Shown: piece by piece, positions 12,852 through 32,300 of the stretch
Layout: each line of letters begins with the position of its first letter
Position numbering within the stretch: position 1 is the stretch's first letter
NCBI GenBank assembly: GCA_965637545.1
Contig: OZ281498.1
Span: forward strand, 17,050,001-17,114,000
DNA: 64,000 nt
Origin: Phallusia mammillata
Taxonomy: Eukaryota
Direction of reading: 5' to 3'
Program-made: the position numbers and the translations under genes
The notes under the pieces: model-generated
Told to the model about the DNA's origin: nothing
Database searches by the model: none
The model's input: the letters and a program-made list of their open reading frames with translations, nothing else

Positions 12852-14695
12852 CGCTAAAGGTTAAATATAAACTGAAACAACAAGATTAATGCAAACGCTG
12901 GGCATATATACATGTAAAATGTGGGATATGTCACCGAAAAACTATGCACAAATTGACACAAAGAACTGAACCTAGTTGGGAACTCTGTAATAAACAGTAA
13001 ATGTTAGGAACTCCTAAACAACTCAACACCACACTTGCTCAAACATTTGGGAAAGGTAAGGTAATATTGTGAAAGAACAGTTGTGGCGAAGACGGTCATT
13101 TTGTTGCAAAATTGCCACTTCAGTGCGTTCATTTTTCAGTCGTTCAATTGAGACTCATGGAGTATAGATATTAAATTACATGTGGTCCAATTTGTCACGG
13201 TAAAAGGAAAACTGCAACACAGTATTGGCTTAAAGGCGTCACACTTGCCATGCGAACTTTCCGGCATGCCAGCAGCAGTCCATCGTTTATCCAATTACGA
13301 TGTTGTGCCAAGACGTTTGGTTTCAGGCAGACATAGGGCCGCGTTGTTTCTGGATACATGGTGATTAAGCGGGTAGGAGGCAGCGAAAACTGGCAAACGC
13401 TAATTACCACGCTTCTCCGGTTTCATCGCTGCAAGGGGTTAGTGCATTGGTTTGGCGAACCGCAGAACACGATAAGGCACATCTATTCTCGAGTTTGGTT
13501 TCGGCGTGGTAGGTCTGCCTTGCGTTACACGAACCCCCTTCTAGCTGACTTGTAAACCTCTTGACCTGCAGCCGTTGGAAAAAACTTTCGCCTTTGACTG
13601 GCGTGCGTGACAGAATAACTCGAAACCTTGAGAAAGTTGCACCGTGGTAATATTGTAAAGTCAGTTAGGTTCACACCATGGTTACTACCTTTGTGGGAAC
13701 TAAATAGTTTGGAAAAAGTCACCTTTAACTGCACGCCTATAAATGGAGTCAACACAGAATTTTATGACTTTGGCGTCATACTACGAACTTGTGCTAATAG
13801 ATCGTATTAGTCAAGACACAACAGTACATCATTGCTTACATTGAAAAACAACGCCATTCGTTGAAATCAGGCACTTCCGCACCACCAAAAAATCCATCCC
13901 TTCGTGGCTGTACTGGACTAAATATATTTTCATAATTTATCAAAATCAGTGCCGTTTATCAAAATGAATGGCAAAACAGTTCAAAATTCACTGATGTGTA
14001 GTTATTGGCAGTCAGAACGCAAAGAAAATAAAAAGCTAGTGATCGTTAACAGGTATGCGATTTGACACTGTAGATAACAGATGCTGAAATTCTTGTAGCT
14101 TGTCTGTTGTTTCAAAAAAATACAAAGCGCCGTCATCACTTTAACTCAAACGTAACACATTATTGCTGCGTTGCTTGAGAACGATATTTTGGTTTCAGCA
14201 CCTTTAGTAGACATCAACAATTTAAGTTTAGGAGAATAGTCGCAATTACGTCACAACCTTAAGCAAGGGTTGATGTGAAGAGAATCGGTACGCAGCTGGT
14301 TTGGGCGGTCAATAATGATATTTAAAACAGAGACTTGGCGGGTTTGGGAAAAGTTTTACTGTTTTTAACACCGAACATTTATTTCTTAAGCTTTACAATC
14401 TTAGCTCGGAGGTCTTTTGTATTTATTGAAAAAGCACACCAAATCAAAAAGTGTTTATTTTTGGACAAAACCTAAAACGCCAGTTTTTGAGTTTTTAAAC
14501 ATCCAAAACTGCCTAAAAAATGCAAGCACAAGAAAAAGGTTTAGTAAGATTTCGAAAATCGAATACAGCAGATCATGTATGGTCAATAATGGTGTTTTCA
14601 GGGAGTTTAGGAATTCTTATTTCGAAATTCCCTATACAAAGCGTCTTTTAGGCAGTGGAAAAACAAAAAAAACAGCTGATGTAGGGGCAACCGAG

Positions 14696-20577
<5,882 letters not shown>

Positions 20578-20860
20578 GACTACATCAGGTGCTATCCTTA
20601 CCTTGAAAAAGAGGTAGTTAATTCTGTTCTGTCCCACTGTTTTTTCAAAAAAAGTGTAAGCAAAACTTTGATTTTGTTCCAACTTCCAACACATGGATTT
20701 AAAAGGTAGTGGGTTATGTTTTGCAGGTGAAAAGCCCTTTACATTTTGGGATAATACCACAACAACCTTTATAAATGGTATGTGAGAATTTCTGAACAGT
20801 CAGAGGTAATTGAAATAGTTGGATCTGATACACTTAAATACTTTCAGCATGTAAAAGCAC

Positions 20861-21066
20861 TAGAGTTCCTTCTCGAGAAATCTCGAAAAAATCGAGTCTC
20901 GAGTCTCGAGAAATAAATAAAAATTTCTCGAGAAAAATTACGTCACGTATCTTAAACAAAAAGTAAATGAAATCAGCTTAAATAAAAATTTCGAGACTCT
21001 CGAGAAATGGATTTTTAATTTCTCGTTTCTCGAGAAACGAAAAAGTCGAGAAATAGAGGAACCCTA
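20861..21066. mobile_element. Probable MITE with CTCGAG subterminal repeats
   Basis: TAGAGTTCCT...AGGAACCCTA (9/10 inverted match); six CTCGAG palindromes inside; no clear TSD. Confidence 0.6.
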
Positions 21067-21319
21067 AATACTCCATACTATTTCCATGTGCTTTACTATG
21101 TCCCGTCAGTGGTTATGGTCGCACATATTGATATTCCGACGTTTCTGTCAGGTCTCAGGTGGTACGACAGTTAACGGTTACGCAACAATCAACGCACGTA
21201 TAAGACTGAAAACTGCACATTTAATTTAACAAGTAATTTTTGGAGTATGTGTAAGGCATACGTGGATATGACGAGTGTTTATTAAATCATACATGTCCTT
21301 AATAGTTAACAAGCATTAC

Positions 21320-21415
21320 CTTCTTTTCTCTTCTGGGAAAACCTTTGACGAATTCTTATTAATTACGGACTTCAGCGTCTCTTCAAGACTTCATCCGTGT
21401 TCCCGCGACCAGCAA
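21320..21415 (-). other. Candidate non-coding first exon of TMEM209
   Basis: Donor AAG|GTAATG at 21320/21319; no open frame from an ATG through the donor; GC-richer than flanks. The 5' end is a guess. Confidence 0.35.
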
Positions 21416-23919
21416 CCTAAAACGTTACGCACTCATGCGTAACAATCAACAGTAGCAAACTATAGATATCATAATATAGTGTAGATTTTATTGTGAAAAA
21501 AATTTTTATTTCATGGACAAGCAATTCAATATTTCCTGCTCAGTGTTTTGTTAAAACCGGTATTATAAAATAATGACCCTTTTTTCAAGGAAAATTTACT
21601 AACACCTCATGGCAGGCCCACATTTAGATAATTTTCGTGGCGCAAAGAGCATTTTAGTCATTTAAAACGATATATCTCTAAAAATGTTCACAGTTAGGGC
21701 TATTGGGCTGGGGGTAAGGTATTAGCATTCAAAATGCAATAAAACTAGCAATAAAACTTAATGTGGGTCTGCCGTGAGGTATGATGCCAGTTAGTGGTTC
21801 CACCTTTTTTTAAGAATAACTTTTATTTGAAATCAAAAGGTTTTGTGTTCTCTGAATGAAATTCACACATTTAATTTACAAAATCTGATCACGAAATTCG
21901 TAAAAATTGATTATGTAAAAACGCGATTTGTTCATGATGGGATAAAACGCTTGAAATACTACAGTTACACGTGTTCATGGGCGTCCGCAGAGTGGGCCAA
22001 GGGGGAGCACGTGTCCCTCCTTAAAAAAACGCATCAGGTCGGAAAATCCGCAACTTAAAATAAAACACGATAAATATTCACACAATGTTGTACAGAAACT
22101 AACTTATTCATGGCATATAAATTAAAGACGTCGTTGGTACCTATACCCCGTGAAACTCACCTGATACAAGCTGTAATAACAGAACAGGTTGGGGTTTTAC
22201 AACAGATTAAATGAATCGAACATTATTACTTAACAATAGCTCGGTAACAAGCATATTAATACGTCATTGGTGGATGTGTCAAAAAGTCATTATGTGATAA
22301 CTTCACTGTATCTGTTGTTACATCTGATAAGGTTTGTTTATGTAAATCCCTCTTCCGTTGAAATCGTTTGCCAACCTACCACATATTTCAGTAATGGTGC
22401 ATATTGTGTTTATTGTATTTTTATGTTACTTTGGGATTGGTAAGAATCGAACCGTATCGTTGATGCGCATTGTGTGACGTCACGATTTCGATTCGCTAAA
22501 GCGTAAAATTACATGGTTGCCGAACCGAATCGCATTCAAGGTTTTAACTTGGCGCAAAAACGATATGGTGGTTATTGTAAAGTGATATACAAACATAAGG
22601 CCGGATAATTGTTAATTTTTAAGTATTTTTAGACTTTTAGTCTATTCTTCCAAAAAAATCTGAATTAATTTGTGTGCAGCAGTTGTTTGCGTCGAGTTTA
22701 GACATACCAAATGTATGAATTTGTTTATTGTGAACAGTTAAACCCTCAGGAATAGTTTCCAATAGTAATAAGTGCTGATTTCTAAGTTGTACGTACTAAA
22801 ACTGCATTACATTTCCAGGCCATGTAGCACATTAAAAAATTCTTTATATGAATGTACAAATCTATTAAATTTGTTTCATTAGAGTCTGTTGTGGGTTATA
22901 TGTATAAAAAACGACTAATTTGTATAACTTTGCACCAGTTGGACGAAAAAATTAATGAAATATATAACTTGGTGTATGGAACGTTCGTTCAGTATTAGCC
23001 ACAAATTTCTCCGTTATTTTCGGCACCAAATTAAACAAACAACATATGGTTTCAAGTTGACGTAATTGTTCACAAAAGAGTTCTCCTAAGCGTATTGGCG
23101 CCTAAGCGTATATTCAAACCACCTGTACCGAGCGCATCGAGAATCGGAGAAGTCTAATACGCTTTGCCTTTTTTTCTTTTTCGAAAACGAGAGAAATGCG
23201 TATCGAATAAGCGTATCGAATACGCTTAAACGCTCCATGTAAAGAGGCTTGTTTCCCGAACGGCGATTTGGTGGCGCCGCCGCCTTGGATTTCTAGAGCA
23301 CGGTGGCGGCCTCCGTGGATATTTAGGTTAGTTTGTAGCGGTGTTGCACGAAACATGGAAAAGTCTCATCAAAAACAGGGTATATTTTGCTTTAAAAACA
23401 AGCGTGCTGCCGAAAAAGCAACAAAACATTCCTAAAAAATACAACCTGGTTTCGTTAGTACCTCCTTTATGACGTCAAACACACAATTGTTTGCCAGTGA
23501 TATTTGGTCATTATTGTTTGCAATGCGAATGTTTTGTAATAAATGGTTATCTTAGGTCATATAAAGCAACAACACCTTGACGAAACATTTTTTGGATGAT
23601 AAACGTTACAGCAACGTGTTCCAAATCAAATATTATTTCGAACACATCTTTGCATTTACTTTGGTGAATGTTGCATTCTGTTGGAAGTTTGTTGGGCTTA
23701 TTGTTAGAGCTCTTGTGGCTGCACGCATTTGTGACGTCACTTGATGTGACTTCATATTTTTCGTTCGCCACCTTGCATTTTTGTAAAACTCGGCGCCTAT
23801 GGATGTGACGATAGTATTGCCCTCCCCTGTATTTATTCCTGACGATAAACGACGATCGCTTTTTTTCTTTTTCTTGATTGTCATGTCAAATACGAATCGA
23901 TACAACTAACGCTTCAGAA

Positions 23920-24220
23920 CAGGGGTTCCCAACCTGTGGTACGCAAAGGTTTCTCAGGTGGTACGCGAGTAGCGTCCGTTGTTTTTCACAAAAACATGGA
24001 TTCACAACTTTATCATTTATTTATCTGGTTTTGTTGACCAATTGGTGGACAGTAAACAAAAAAAGTTAATTGCGGCTCTTTAGTGTTATTTTAGTAGGCC
24101 AATATTATTCTCTTGAATAGAATATGATTCGATCAAATTAGTTGTTCTGCCAGAAGTGGTACGCGTGGCAGTACAGAGCGTCGAAGTGGTACGAGATCGT
24201 AAAAAGGTTGGGAACCCCTG
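23920..24220. mobile_element. hAT (Charlie/Buster-type) MITE
   Basis: 16-bp perfect TIR CAGGGGTTCCCAACCT; flanks CTTCAGAA/CTCTAGAA (degenerate TSD). Confidence 0.85.
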
Positions 24221-24424
24221 CTCTAGAATGTGACAGGGAATGCTTTAGAATAGGTGCAGTATTTTCAGTATAAAGTAAATATCAGCCTTAAAGTGGCGTA
24301 TGTTTAAGTTAGTCTGTGGTGCATATATATGATAACAGGAATTAGGTGGCTTATAGGCCTAGCTCTATATTCCCCCACTTTTGATTTTTGTTTTCTGTTC
24401 TGGTGGCTTTGAATCTGTATACAG

Positions 24425-24843
24425 CAGCGGTTCCCAAACTTTTTCGTATTTTTTTCAAAACGGTCCATATGCCATTATTTTGAGGGCTCACGGTCCTTGA
24501 GCCTAAATATGTATTTCATAAAAACAACTGTTGATTTCAGGATTTTAGCTAGTTGTGCAAATTGCGCATAAAAGTTATCCAAACACAGCTTGTGACATCA
24601 CAGACAAGACAAATGCACTACAATTGTGCGCGAACAATTACATTTTTGTTAGTTGTCATTCAATAAAGGCTATTGTTAAGCAATGAAGACAGTTGATTCT
24701 CAATTCTACTTTGATTTAAACTTATTTAGTGGCACAAACTGACGCCAAATAAGATTATAGAATTACTTCAACCGCTTCGCGGTCCCCCCAAAATGGTCTC
24801 ACGGACCCCTAAAGGACCGCGGACCCCAGTTTGGGAACCGCTG
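24425..24843. mobile_element. hAT MITE (family B, copy 1)
   Basis: 16-bp perfect TIR CAGCGGTTCCCAAACT; perfect TSD GTATACAG; diverged inverted copy at 26925-27309. Confidence 0.9.
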
Positions 24844-25210
24844 GTATACAGAATCAAAACAATGTCTTTCTAGCTATTTGAAAATATTTTGTGGTGATTT
24901 GTAAAAACATGCACTATAACCACTGTTGCACATCTTCTTGTATCAGAGTTGTAGGCTGTCCCGTAATTAGGACCCGAACCCAAAGGCCAAACCCGGTCCA
25001 AAACCAAATTTTAGTAAAAAATTGAATTAAATCCAAAAGCCAGATTTACCAAGTCAAATAATTATGACTCAGATGTTACCGAGCGTGCAGTCAAACCTGA
25101 ATGATGCCCGAACCCGACAAAAAAGCCAACTTTGTCCTGGACCGTTACTGGCCTATATGTTGAGCATAAATGCTGCTTTTAAAAACGTATACAATTAGTA
25201 TGTATATATA

Positions 25211-25382
25211 CAGTGTTTTTTTAAGGTGTTTTGGGGGACCGAAACGGTCCCCCAAATTTCTCCAGCGGTTTCCCAAAATTTCGTTTAAGTAAATATGGCT
25301 ATTTTTTGGTATTTAAATGAAACACTTGCGGTCTCTTAAAACTACTTAGCGGTCACCCAAACCAAACCTTAAAAAAAAACAG
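25211..25382. mobile_element. hAT-type MITE (family A, copy 2)
   Basis: Nearly identical to 5856-6017 apart from a short central indel; TSD TATATATA on both sides. Confidence 0.85.
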
Positions 25383-26352
25383 TATATATATACATGTATT
25401 TTTATGAAAATCTGTCAAGTAACTTAGTATTGGTAAGAAAACAGGAAAAAGGCCTCGCTTTTATGTGAAAATTTGAAAATTACTTTTGTTTGAAGTTATT
25501 TAAATCAGTGACTTTGGAATATACGTATCAGGCTTTCAGTCGCCACAGCAACGACAAAATGTTCTTGCTACAGAAAAACTGACAACTTTCTTTTGTAATC
25601 TCTTAAACATTGCCATCAAAACACACTTTTTGCAGGCAGGCAAAAAATGGTTACATTATCAGTGACAAAATAATGTTCGTTGTTTTTACCAACGAAAATC
25701 ATTGTGTTATTATATTTGAACTGATAACTTTTAGTTTACCATTGTTAAACATTTATTAGACAAAGTCTGTTTTGAGTAAAATAAGTTTTTATTCTTTGAA
25801 ACAAAGAAATTCTTTCCCACATAACAGTTAATCTGAGGATAAGTTAATCCACCCTGTTCGGACATCCACATATTGCATACAAGATCGGCTTACATCGATG
25901 CAATATAATGTTGATCCGATTAAAGCCACTTTAATGAACGAGAATTTATCCCATCCGATTAGAGGTGGTTTTATGTACAAAGGAATGTATCTCAATTATC
26001 TCGAGGTTTTATCAGTCATTTTGTCTTGTACTTCGCGCGGTGAAGTGTACAAGCAATAAGGCTATGACTTCTCAGTACGTTATTTCTATGAATAAACATT
26101 TCAAATCAGAAAGAGTGTACTTCTTACGCTGTGTTATGTGTGTAGAATACAACAGTAGATGACGTAAAAAACAGTTTTTTAAATTGGTTTTATACCAGAA
26201 AGTTGGATTTAATACTGTGATTAACGTTATCTGATTTATATGTTTTTTAGAACTAACAAGGTGTTAGGATTGTTGACTAAATAACAAGTTGACGGGCGAC
26301 CAGCGTTCAGATGTCAAAACTTGTTGTATCACGGATTGACGTTTCCTTCAAA

Positions 26353-29300
26353 ATGACGAAATACGTCAATTGCGTTCTGATTCTCTTTCTTGTGGCTATT
26401 AATTGCAACAATTGTGACAAAATCAACAGTAAGTTTAACCATGTTTTCTTGATATATTGGTTGAAAGGTTTCAAATATATTACTGTCCAAATTGTCATCA
26501 AAATTTTTTTTCGAAATTTTATTGTTTTAAACAGTTACTGAACCCATTTTTTACTTTGGACCAGGTTGCTTTATACTATAAATTTTGTCCAAAGCAACCA
26601 CACAAAGAAAAAACTTGCCTTTCAAAACTGTCTAATGTTAAAAGTGTCGTTTACATGAGAAATAATAATTATTACAATCAAAATTTAGTCTTTGTCGACG
26701 TTAAGTTGTTTGTGAACAGTAGCAACGAACCAACAGTTAATAAATACGCTTTTCCTTTTAGCAAGCCTAAACCTAACACAAATATAAACACGTCAAACTG
26801 AAAATATGACATTTATAAAATAGGCACGACAACCAATTAATAAAAACGTACAGTTAAGTATAAAAATATTCGTAATGAATAAAATTATCAAAAGAAATAA
26901 TCACAAAAGAATGTGATATTAGAGCAGCGGTTCTCTGGGGTCCGTGAGACAATTTGGAGGGGAGCGCGAAGAGGTTGAAGTAATTCTATAATCTTACTTT
27001 GCGTCAGTTTGTGACACTACAAAAGTTCAAATCAAAGTAGAATTGATAATCGACTGTCTCCATTGCTGAACAATAGCCTTTACTGGATAACAACTAACAA
27101 AAATGCAATTGTTAGCGCACAATGGTAATGATTTTGTCCAGTCTGTTATATCACGTGCTGTCTTTTCGAAATTTTGCACAACCGGCTAAAATCCTACAAT
27201 CAACTTTCGTTTTTCTGAAATATACATTCAGGCTTAACGACCGCTAGCCCTTGAAATAGTGGCAAAGGGACAGTTTTAAAAATATAATGAAAAAGTTGGA
27301 CAACCACTGTATAAAAGGTGTGTATTTGTAAATTATAAAAATGTATAATCTCACAAAACGTATCGTGCTTTGCTGAGTAGGTCTACATGTTTTTCTGAAT
27401 GACAGTTGCTTTACACGTGCAAACCACTTAAAAACGCACCAAACATCGCATTGATTCAATATCTCATAATCCTATTTCCTTTTACTCAACGAAAATTATC
27501 ACGCACTATTAGTTTCATTGGGAAGCGACAATTATTAACATTCGGATGCGATTAATTCAAGTGTTGGAATTAAACACGTACATATGTCCCTGAATGTCAA
27601 GGACTGTTAGGGTTAAAACCATACAGGAAATCTTAAGCATAAAAATGTGTACACACATGTTGTGTATTTAAACCTCATCATAAAAGATTTTTTTTTTTCA
27701 GCTGTCAATCAATTCCTGGTGACGATATCAGGTTCGAATCTTACAGCAAGTGAAGTTTTAACAAAGTTAAAGCAACTTTTAACGTCGTTAAAAGGAAAAG
27801 CATCGGGTAAGCGAAAGTATTTTTAACGAACGTTTTCGTTTCAATTACTTCACATACGCAAGCTTGCCTAGAATACATGGATTCAGTATTTTTTTTAAAA
27901 ACTAGTGAAAACTAATTAAGATTAACAGTCTGATTGTGCAACTAACAATCGCATTAAAGACTGGCTACCGTACATAATCATGCAAGTCCCAACATTAATG
28001 GGGGATCATTTCTGAAGTCATTATGCTCATCAATTACGACTAAATGTATCTTTTTTATGCAAACATATGTAATAATTATTAAAAAAAAATTGGTGAGGTG
28101 GTTGCAACGATAGCCTGTTGGAAAATAAAATAACAGTGACATATAAACGCACACAAATATGTAATTTAACAATGTTTTCAGTTATGCATGTTGTAAACTT
28201 GTTGTCGAGAAAGTGATAACGTATATTTAACATCACTTCGTGTCTTGCAGACATCGACGAATGTCGCCTTATTCTGGACATCTGCAACAAGAATGCGACT
28301 TGCATAAACACTTTGGGATCTTACAAGTGTGCGTGTGACGAGGGACACGCAAAGAATGGCAACATGTCTGACCCCTGTTCGGGTGAGATGTATTATTGTG
28401 TTATACTGTACTTGATGAGGAAGTCTTAATAAATTTAGGTGCAATCGAGGGCTAACCTCTTTGCCGTAGTAAACAGTCCAAAGTCCGTTTTGAAAGTATG
28501 ACTGTTAATCTACAATTACACAAATACAAAACCAAGGTGCCAATTCTTCTCTATATAAATTCCTGAGTTGTGTTTCACAATATACCCTGTTATTTACGGT
28601 GCCGTATACATGTCTCTACATCAGTGGTTCTCAAACTTTTAAAACACCAATTTTTTGTAGAAAAGAAATTTGTAAAAATGGTGGGGAAAATCGAATTTTT
28701 GACAAATGAGCAAAATCAGCTTTTAAACATGGCCACACGCGTCTGCGTTTCGCCATCAAGCTCTATAACACCAGAGTATGTTTGAATTTTAAAATTGCCG
28801 ATATTTCGCGACACACTTCGAAATCTCGCTCGATGCACTAGTGAAGATTACTGCTTTACATGCTGAAAAGCGGTTTCGGTCAATAAGCATGTATCAAAGA
28901 AAATGTATTTTATTTAGCCTGCAGCTCGGGGAAACTTACTTAAAAAAAGGGGTGGTGGTCCAGTGACATTCGCGTCTAAATTAATGATATCATTTTTACG
29001 GCAGATATTGACGAATGCAAAGTTGGAAGCCACAATTGCAGCGAGCATAGCACTTGTACAAATTTTCCTGGTTCTTTCTCTTGCATGTGTAACGAAGGAT
29101 TTACTGGTGACGGATATGTATGCACTGGTAAGTGAATTAGGGATAATTACTGCCATTAAGTTCGTTGTGAAGAAAACATGCAATTTTAAACAAGTAGTGA
29201 ATATATCTTGGTTTATTTTGAAGGTCTGCAATATTTGGGTAAAGGTATATGATGTAACAACAGTTTAGTCTGTTTTTCTGCTAAAACACATTATTTTTAA

Positions 29301-32300
29301 TTTGCTCTTATAAAACTTCACGTTGGAAAAAACTATGAAAAGAAGATTTAGCCTGTGAAAAAAAAGGTTTAACCCTTTAGGCTAAATTTTTGTTTATTTA
29401 TTTCTTCACAGATGTCGATGAGTGTCTAAACGCTACCATCAGTGATTGCCTGCCTAACTCGTCTTGCCTTAACCTACCTGGAACATTTGTTTGCAATTGT
29501 AATGTAGGTTTCACGGAAATTGACATGACTTGCAATGGTGGGTTTTTTATCAATATGTTGTCTAGAAAAACCTATCAGAAAATGACGAAACGAGAAATAG
29601 AAATTGACTAAAATGCTTTTGTTTGCTACACTTTGACAGATGTCGACGAATGTACTTCTGGCGCTCACAAATGCAGTAACTACAGCAGCTGTGCTAACGT
29701 GATAGGCTCATACCAATGCTCTTGCAACGACGGTTTTACTGGAGATGGCTTCAGTTGCAAAGGTATACATGAACTACCAACCTCTTGTGCAAAGTCTTGT
29801 GTAAAAGATTAGATTTTGTTTTGCAAGTTTTTCAAGTTTAGAGCTACAAATTGTCAAAACGACTTACGCATGGCCAGATGACTGTCATGAAACATATGGT
29901 GTCAGTTACTTAAGTCACCATGGATTTGTGTATCCAGTAGCAATCGAAAACGTTTTGCTTAGAAACGAGTTATTTAAACATTTGCTGGTGTCTCATGTGA
30001 ATATTTAACTAGAAAATGATCAACTGTACATTATTACTTTTTGTTTTACAATATTAACCATTGTGAAACAGATTTAAACGAATGTGAAACGAACCCGTGT
30101 CATAACAAGGCAACTTGCACAAACTTGTTGGGAACTTTCTCGTGTGAATGTGCATCAGGTTTTACTGGAAACGGAAGTTATTGTCAAGGTTGGTGTACAA
30201 TGGTTTTAGTGCAGCAAAGCTATTTGATTTGAATTTGGATAAGTAGCGCTTAATCTATTGTCCTTTCAACTAAAACCGAAGGCACGCCTTTATTGAACTC
30301 AGATTTTGATTTAGTTAGATGTTACAATTTTCTTTTTACCTGCGCAGACATAAACGAATGTATGACCAACAAAGCAAACATTTGTCATAAAAACGCAAAA
30401 TGCGAAAATCAGCCGGGCTCGTTTGTGTGTCGATGCGACGATGGCTACCATGGCAACGGATCCCAATGCCTAGGTATTTAAAAATCGTTTATTTAAAAAA
30501 ATACATGTATGTTTTTTCAATGAGTAAATGTAATAAGTTACTGATTTAAAATTTGAGAAAAAACGAATGTTAAACTGCAGCACTGCTGTGCACTGAAAAC
30601 GCTATACCTATTAAAGTATCAAAAAATTTCAATTGATTTTTTTCAGATGTTGACGAATGTCAACTTAACCAGCACAGCTGTAGTTCGAACAGTACATGTA
30701 CCAACCTACCTGGCTCATATAATTGTACATGTAATGTTGGATTTTCTGGCAATGGCATTTTCTGTGAAGGTATAGGGGACTTTTTAACTGTTTTAAATTT
30801 AAAGAAAGTTATGTATGCTATAAGTTATTTATCTGCTATATTTGTAACGTTTTTGTTTTGTTTTGTATAATCTACTTAGTAAACATCTTCGAAAATTTAA
30901 TTGGTCTTATTTCATTTTTAAGATATTGATGAATGCGATTTCAAATCCTGCCACCAAAATGCTGTTTGCTTTAACACTGGGGGAAGTTTTAAATGTGAAT
31001 GTTTGCAAGGGTTTTCCGGTGATGGACAAATGTGCCAAGGTACGAACTTTTTAACGTTTCAAGTTCTTAAAAAAAACCTTAACTATCATCACTGTAAAGT
31101 GGAAACAAAGGGGAAAGAGCTATATGGTAGGAAAAACACAAAACTTAAGCTAAAAAAAACTACTGCTTGAAAATTATCGACAATGCGCAAATGTGCCCGA
31201 TACGTTTTTTATCATCCTTAGGATCTTATTTGACCAGGCTATTTGATGTTTTTTTGCGAGTATTTCTCAAAAAATCGATCAGTATTTGTTAGTTACCGCA
31301 GCCGTCGCAAGGAGGATTACGAAACTTAAGTGGAATAGTTAGATTTACTATGTTGTTGAGCGCTGGATTTAAAGCAGTGCATGTCATAATAATCTCCTTT
31401 CGCATAAGAAGGTCATGCGTAAGATACCAGGGACGTTTACAGATCCGTGTTTTTTTTTTCTGATGATTTGTATGATGGGGTCAAATGGAGTTTGCAAACG
31501 GTGCGTTGTTTGCCACAATTGACTAATCAGGTATGAAAACAAGCCTATGCGCAGTATTTGATAACAATATACTCAAAGGAGATAAGTAATACATAATTGG
31601 GATTAACATTTCAGAATGTAGTTTTGTGTTTTCAGATGTCAATGAATGTAATACAAGTCCATGCCATTACAATGCAACTTGCACGAATTTTGTTGGTTCA
31701 TTTTTATGCGAATGCAACGAAGGTTTTGACGGAAACGGAACGCATTGTCAAGGTCAGTTACTACCGATAAATACAAATAAGAGGTTTAAAACATTCATTT
31801 AACCATAAAACAGTAGTTTTTATAAATCATTTAGACGAACGAAATTTGACATGACAGACGAATTGATTTGTGTTTTTACCTTAATATATTGAGACATTAA
31901 GAGCTTAATCATAAGTCAGATATTATGATTTCTAATCCGTTACGCATGACTGCGTTTCGACACACCAGTTGTCGTGTGTCTGCCAGATAAAAGGTCGCAA
32001 CATAAAATCCAAGTTGAGAGGTTTGGGATATCGATTTGTAGCTTTTATGATAATTGAAAACGACAAACAAAAGGAAAGATTTCATCTGGACCTCAATATC
32101 TTACGTCTTTACTTTAACTGAAACAATATGCTTTCTAATTATCACCTAATTTGACGTATGTGTCAAGAAATCAACATAATGGTCACATGTATTACGAATT
32201 TACTTTGACACATGTCATTGTTTCCTATAGTCTCCTATTTTTTAAGTTTAGTTGAATGTTTTTTGCAGATATTGACGAGTGTGAAACGAATCCGTGTGAC

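Noticed and set aside
23077-23345. AAGCGTAT/ATACGCTT repeat cluster, possible Harbinger-type MITE remnant
   Set aside because: Only one plausible end and no TSD; boundaries cannot be defined.
24952-25155. TAGGC..GCCTA element with CCCGA-like motifs, loosely similar to 36356-36520
   Set aside because: TIR match is poor and there is no TSD; probably a decayed MITE but not supportable as a defined feature.
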